Notes under the pieces: model-generated
What the model was told of the DNA's origin: nothing
Databases searched by the model: none
Seen by the model: only the letters and a program-made list of their open reading frames with translations
Part shown: positions 16,665 to 20,000 of the stretch, piece by piece
Numbering within the stretch: the stretch's first letter is position 1
Layout: every line of letters begins with the position of its first letter
DNA from: an uncultured virus (IMG/VR IMGVR_UViG_3300037418_000344)
Lineage: Duplodnaviria; Heunggongvirae; Uroviricota; Caudoviricetes
Strand: one strand, 5' to 3'
DNA length: 20,000 nucleotides
Virus record (IMG/VR): IMGVR_UViG_3300037418_000344
Program-made: the position numbers and the translations under genes

Positions 16665-17210
16665 TTATTTATTTCCTTTGATAAATTGTTTGAAATGAGT
16701 AACTTTAGGCTCCTCTTTAGCGTCTGCCTTAGTCTCAACGCCGACTTCATTGAACATCTCGCTTTTTGCCTCGGCAGCAGCATTAGTAGCGAAAATTTGC
16801 AGGAACGATTCGACTTTAGCGTCGTCCATACCTTCAGTTGCAGCCATAAAAGCAGCAGCCTTTTCAGTGCCCATTTGAGCTTCAACTTCTTTACGGCGGG
16901 CTTCCAGTTTTGCAGCCAGCGCATCAGCTTTAGCTTGTTCTTCGGCAGCGGCATAAGCCGACAGCTTTTCTTCGTACTCAGCTTTCATAGCTTCAGCAGC
17001 AGCCTTAACCGATTCCATTTCGGCAGTCAGGGCAGACAGTTGAGCCAGAACGGCTTCGTGCGCAGCAAGCTCGATAGTTTGAGCTTTATCTTCTACACTC
17101 ATCGTTTCTTCCTTTTCTTGTTCAGGCAAATCGCCTGTAGTTACGACTTCTTCCGAAGCCTCCGGGGTTACAGGCGTTGCGCCCAACTTCTTTTTGAGAA
17201 AATCCAGCAT
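16665..17210 (-). CDS. Capsid scaffolding protein
   Basis: 181 aa Ala/Glu/Lys-rich coiled coil immediately after the protease. Possible second start at ATG 17102. Confidence 0.75.
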   Translation of the reverse strand: MLDFLKKKLGATPVTPEASEEVVTTGDLPEQEKEETMSVEDKAQTIELAAHEAVLAQLSALTAEMESVKAAAEAMKAEYEEKLSAYAAAEEQAKADALAAKLEARRKEVEAQMGTEKAAAFMAATEGMDDAKVESFLQIFATNAAAEAKSEMFNEVGVETKADAKEEPKVTHFKQFIKGNK

Positions 17211-17219
17211 AGTTATCCT

Positions 17220-18044
17220 TTAACTGAGCACGTAATCTACGAACTCGGAACGAGTCATAATTTTGTTGACCAAACCAATTGACAGAGCGTCTTGAGCGGA
17301 GTACACTCGTGCTTGTGTGTCCTTGAGGTCTTTTGTGGACAAGCCCGTGTAATTAGAGACGTGAGCACGGAATGCATCACCAAGCTCGGCAACACGCTTC
17401 TGCATGTCTTCAAGGAAGCCATCTCGCCACGAACCATCGTCTGCGAAAGGAACTTTGTCGCTGCCATCTGTAACGAATGTACGTTGAATGCCAGCTTGTT
17501 CAAGCTTCTTACTATCGTTGTAAAGGCAAATCAAGACTCCGATAGAGCCCACGTCAGCGTAAGGGTTGGCAATCACTTCGTCGCAAGAACACGCAATAGC
17601 ATAAGCAGCAGAACATGCTGAACCGTCAACGTAGCTAACGAGGCGAACACCAGCGGCATCACACATTTTGCGAAGTTCGTCAACTGATTCAAAACAGCCG
17701 TAAGCCTCGCCACCACCTGAATCAATGTCAAGAACAAGAGTTTTCGCTTTAGCTGCAATAAGTTCCTCAGCTTGATCCAGAAGCATTTCGTAGGAAAAAC
17801 CTCCGCACATACCCTCCCAACCTGTGGAACGGTATGTAAGAGGTCCACGAATAGTAATCACTCCAATATCGCCAGCAACAGGCACATCTTTTTTATTTTC
17901 TGTGCTCTTACTGCCTTCGATATCGATCATACCGGCGTTGCGAGCGTCAAAATAAGCCTCAACTTCTTGAAAGGCTGTTTTAGAAATTAGATGGGGGCGG
18001 TTTCGCAGGGAAGCGGTAAGCCGCAAAAGTTTGTGTTTATTCAT
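17220..18044 (-). CDS. Prohead protease, peptidase S49 family
   Basis: LDIDSGGGEA, GSACSAAYAIA, ADVGSIGV and A.SIGLVNKI motifs of S49/SppA-like proteases. Confidence 0.93.
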   Translation of the reverse strand: MNKHKLLRLTASLRNRPHLISKTAFQEVEAYFDARNAGMIDIEGSKSTENKKDVPVAGDIGVITIRGPLTYRSTGWEGMCGGFSYEMLLDQAEELIAAKAKTLVLDIDSGGGEAYGCFESVDELRKMCDAAGVRLVSYVDGSACSAAYAIACSCDEVIANPYADVGSIGVLICLYNDSKKLEQAGIQRTFVTDGSDKVPFADDGSWRDGFLEDMQKRVAELGDAFRAHVSNYTGLSTKDLKDTQARVYSAQDALSIGLVNKIMTRSEFVDYVLS

Positions 18045-18783
18045 GCATTTGCTCCGTCAAGTATTGCTCCTTAAACTGGAGCCACGCAGGGTCTTCTTTT
18101 GGAATCCAACCAGATTTGAACTTATCTTTCATTTTCCAAGGGTTGCAGTTTAAGAAACCAAGCATTTCCGCAAGACTCCTTGCCGCTGCTTTAGGATGCT
18201 CCAAATGTTTCTCATAAAAAAGGTCTGCAACTGCCCACAAATCTTTTCTAGCGGCGCTGTTTTCCCAAAGATTTCTCCCTGTCATGGCGAGTGCAAACTT
18301 CCTCTTAGATTCTTCACTCTTTACTCGCCCCGTGGCCTTTTGTCGAATCTTGTTTCGTGACTCTTCAGATAAGGGTCGCCCCTTCGACGCAGCGGACATC
18401 CTCTTACGGGTTTCTTCAGATATTTGTTTACCCTTGTGGGCCTTAGACATTTTTAGCTTAGAAGCTTCAGAATGACCCCTCCCGGAGAGGGGAGGTATCA
18501 ACCCTCCGGGAGCCAAGTTCCATGCGACCTCAGCGACGGGTCGCAATTCAGACTCTACGAAATAGCAAAACTCCTCATCACCTTTCGCTATGACTGTTCT
18601 GAGGATATCGTCACCGTATTTCCGCATAGCCCGGTGCACCAAATACTCAGAACCACTCCTTACACTGTAGTCGTGCACAGTCATTCTTCGGTCAAAGTTG
18701 TTTGTAACACCAACGTAACCTTCAGACTTAATATCGGTATGATTTTTATGTCTAATCCAATATACTACGTGGTCTTCAATCAA
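18037..18783 (-). CDS. Free-standing GIY-YIG homing endonuclease with NUMOD3 repeats (Seg-like)
   Basis: VVYWI...GYVGVT..F.RR..H...AMRKYG...E...WNLAPGG, followed by four SEE(S/T)(K/R).K-type repeats. The TTG start overlaps the portal stop (TTGA) with GGAG upstream; the 3' end overlaps the protease start. Confidence 0.88.
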   Translation of the reverse strand: MIEDHVVYWIRHKNHTDIKSEGYVGVTNNFDRRMTVHDYSVRSGSEYLVHRAMRKYGDDILRTVIAKGDEEFCYFVESELRPVAEVAWNLAPGGLIPPLSGRGHSEASKLKMSKAHKGKQISEETRKRMSAASKGRPLSEESRNKIRQKATGRVKSEESKRKFALAMTGRNLWENSAARKDLWAVADLFYEKHLEHPKAAARSLAEMLGFLNCNPWKMKDKFKSGWIPKEDPAWLQFKEQYLTEQMHE

Positions 18784-20000
18784 GCTGAATTCTCCGAATT
18801 TTGCGAACTTGAATCTTTTTTAGTGGGTTTTGTTGCTGTTCCGTCGTAAGGAGTTTGCATCCCCTCTCCAGAATTACTGGATTCCATTGTAAACTCCACA
18901 GACTCTAAATCAGTGTCAGGTGGAAGTGTACTAACGCCGATTGCGCGGAGAAGCCTGTTAACAACGTCTACATTCTTAGGAATAAGACCGATCGATCCAG
19001 TTCTCTGCATAAGTTTTCCTAATTCATCAGCGCTCATCTCGGAAATATCTCCGGGGATGAATTTAGGCAACCGTTCTATTTTCCACGAATTGAGTTTGTA
19101 GAGTTGCGGAACTAGATCATTGTTCAAGACATCAGCAATCTCATTGAGCCGGTGCCCCATCGCAAGAGACACAACATTTGTATCCGAATCAGCAAGGCTA
19201 AAAGAGCCAACTTCGCTACCACCCTTAAGAATATCAATTCCAAGTGCAGAATAAACTTCATCTGCGTAGCGACGAATAGCTTGATCGATGTTAGCACCGG
19301 GTATACCCTTCTTCTCCAGTAACTCAATCGAGAATCTATCCTGTTTGGTTTGTTCATCTACAAGCTTAGGGAAGATGATTCCGCGATTTGTACCTGCCTG
19401 CATGGTGTCAAGCAGTTTTTGGCAAGCTTGATATACTGCCTTCATATCATCGGGCGCATCAGCAGCCATGTACTCAGGAGGGAGTTTAATCAGAGGGAGT
19501 CCAGCAGATTCTTTAGCAATACCAAGAAGCTCTTGTGAACGAAGCATGTCAAGCTGCTTGTACGCTTTATACACACCCTTGAGAATGGAATTACCTGTTG
19601 GGTCGCCCTTAGTAGGGTCTGCACGGAAAAGCAAGAATTTTTCTCGCTTAATAGGAATAAGTCCGTGTTCGTTGGCTTGATCCATGAACATTGCAGCATG
19701 CTCAAGCTTGTAAATAGATTGCTCGCACCCTAAGAGGTCACGCCCGTCTTCAGAGAATGTCCAACGTGCAATAGTATCTTGGGAGCGCGGAGTGAGCTTG
19801 CGGATTCCAACCTTACCATCGTTAAATTTGCTGCCATTCTTGTAGAGCCTACGACGGTAGACCTTCTCTTGCACAGAGAACCCGTATGGAAGATAAGTAA
19901 CCACATCGGACATGAACTCTGCCCACGATCCTTCCATGTCATCCATGCACGACTGAACAAATTTAGCACGCTCTTTTTCTTCTTCTGTGGCGTCTACAGG
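18780..20000 (-). CDS. Portal protein (DUF935/Mu gp29-like), 5'-truncated
   Basis: The frame is open from 20000 (PVDATEEEKERAKFVQSC-MDD...). Motifs YGFSVQEKVY, IPIKREKFLLFR...GDPTGNSIL and GSFSLAD...IADVLNNDLVPQL. Lies upstream of the protease. Confidence 0.9.
   Translation of the reverse strand, partial: PVDATEEEKERAKFVQSCMDDMEGSWAEFMSDVVTYLPYGFSVQEKVYRRRLYKNGSKFNDGKVGIRKLTPRSQDTIARWTFSEDGRDLLGCEQSIYKLEHAAMFMDQANEHGLIPIKREKFLLFRADPTKGDPTGNSILKGVYKAYKQLDMLRSQELLGIAKESAGLPLIKLPPEYMAADAPDDMKAVYQACQKLLDTMQAGTNRGIIFPKLVDEQTKQDRFSIELLEKKGIPGANIDQAIRRYADEVYSALGIDILKGGSEVGSFSLADSDTNVVSLAMGHRLNEIADVLNNDLVPQLYKLNSWKIERLPKFIPGDISEMSADELGKLMQRTGSIGLIPKNVDVVNRLLRAIGVSTLPPDTDLESVEFTMESSNSGEGMQTPYDGTATKPTKKDSSSQNSENSA

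Noticed and set aside
15318..17282. Plus-strand ORFs 15318..16298, 16273..16698 and 16686..17282
   Set aside because: Antisense to strongly codon-biased capsid, decoration and scaffold genes, which explains the lack of stops.
6773..18783. Group I introns or inteins housing the endonucleases
   Set aside because: The flanking genes look complete, with their own starts and stops, and the spacers (about 100 nt or less) are too short for a ribozyme core.
1..20000. CRISPR array, diversity-generating retroelement, invertible segment, integrase or lysis genes
   Set aside because: No repeat-spacer array, reverse transcriptase, recombinase, holin or endolysin motifs were seen by eye, so prophage versus lytic status cannot be determined from this window.

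Overview
A 20-kb stretch of a tailed (siphovirus-like) phage virion-morphogenesis operon, with all real genes on the minus strand. In transcription order: portal (5'-truncated), GIY-YIG/NUMOD3 homing endonuclease, S49 prohead protease, scaffold, head decoration protein, major capsid protein, zinc-ribbon-repeat GIY-YIG endonuclease, head-tail adaptor, head closure, a four-gene inserted fibre/appendage module, tail completion, tail terminator, tail tube, a second zinc-ribbon-repeat endonuclease, tail assembly chaperone pair, a 1748-aa tape measure protein and a 3'-truncated tail protein. Most notable: (1) the fibre module between the head-closure and tail-completion genes, whose 841-aa GC-rich member combines lectin-like, Ig/SwmB-like and SGNH esterase domains; (2) all three free-standing endonuclease genes have hand-verified hairpins burying their RBS and/or start codon, one containing its own sigma70 promoter and one able to form two mutually exclusive folds; (3) a DUF4214-like domain near the tape measure C-terminus; (4) a clear -1 frameshift site in the chaperone gene. 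Family assignments come from motif recognition and synteny; no searches were run.
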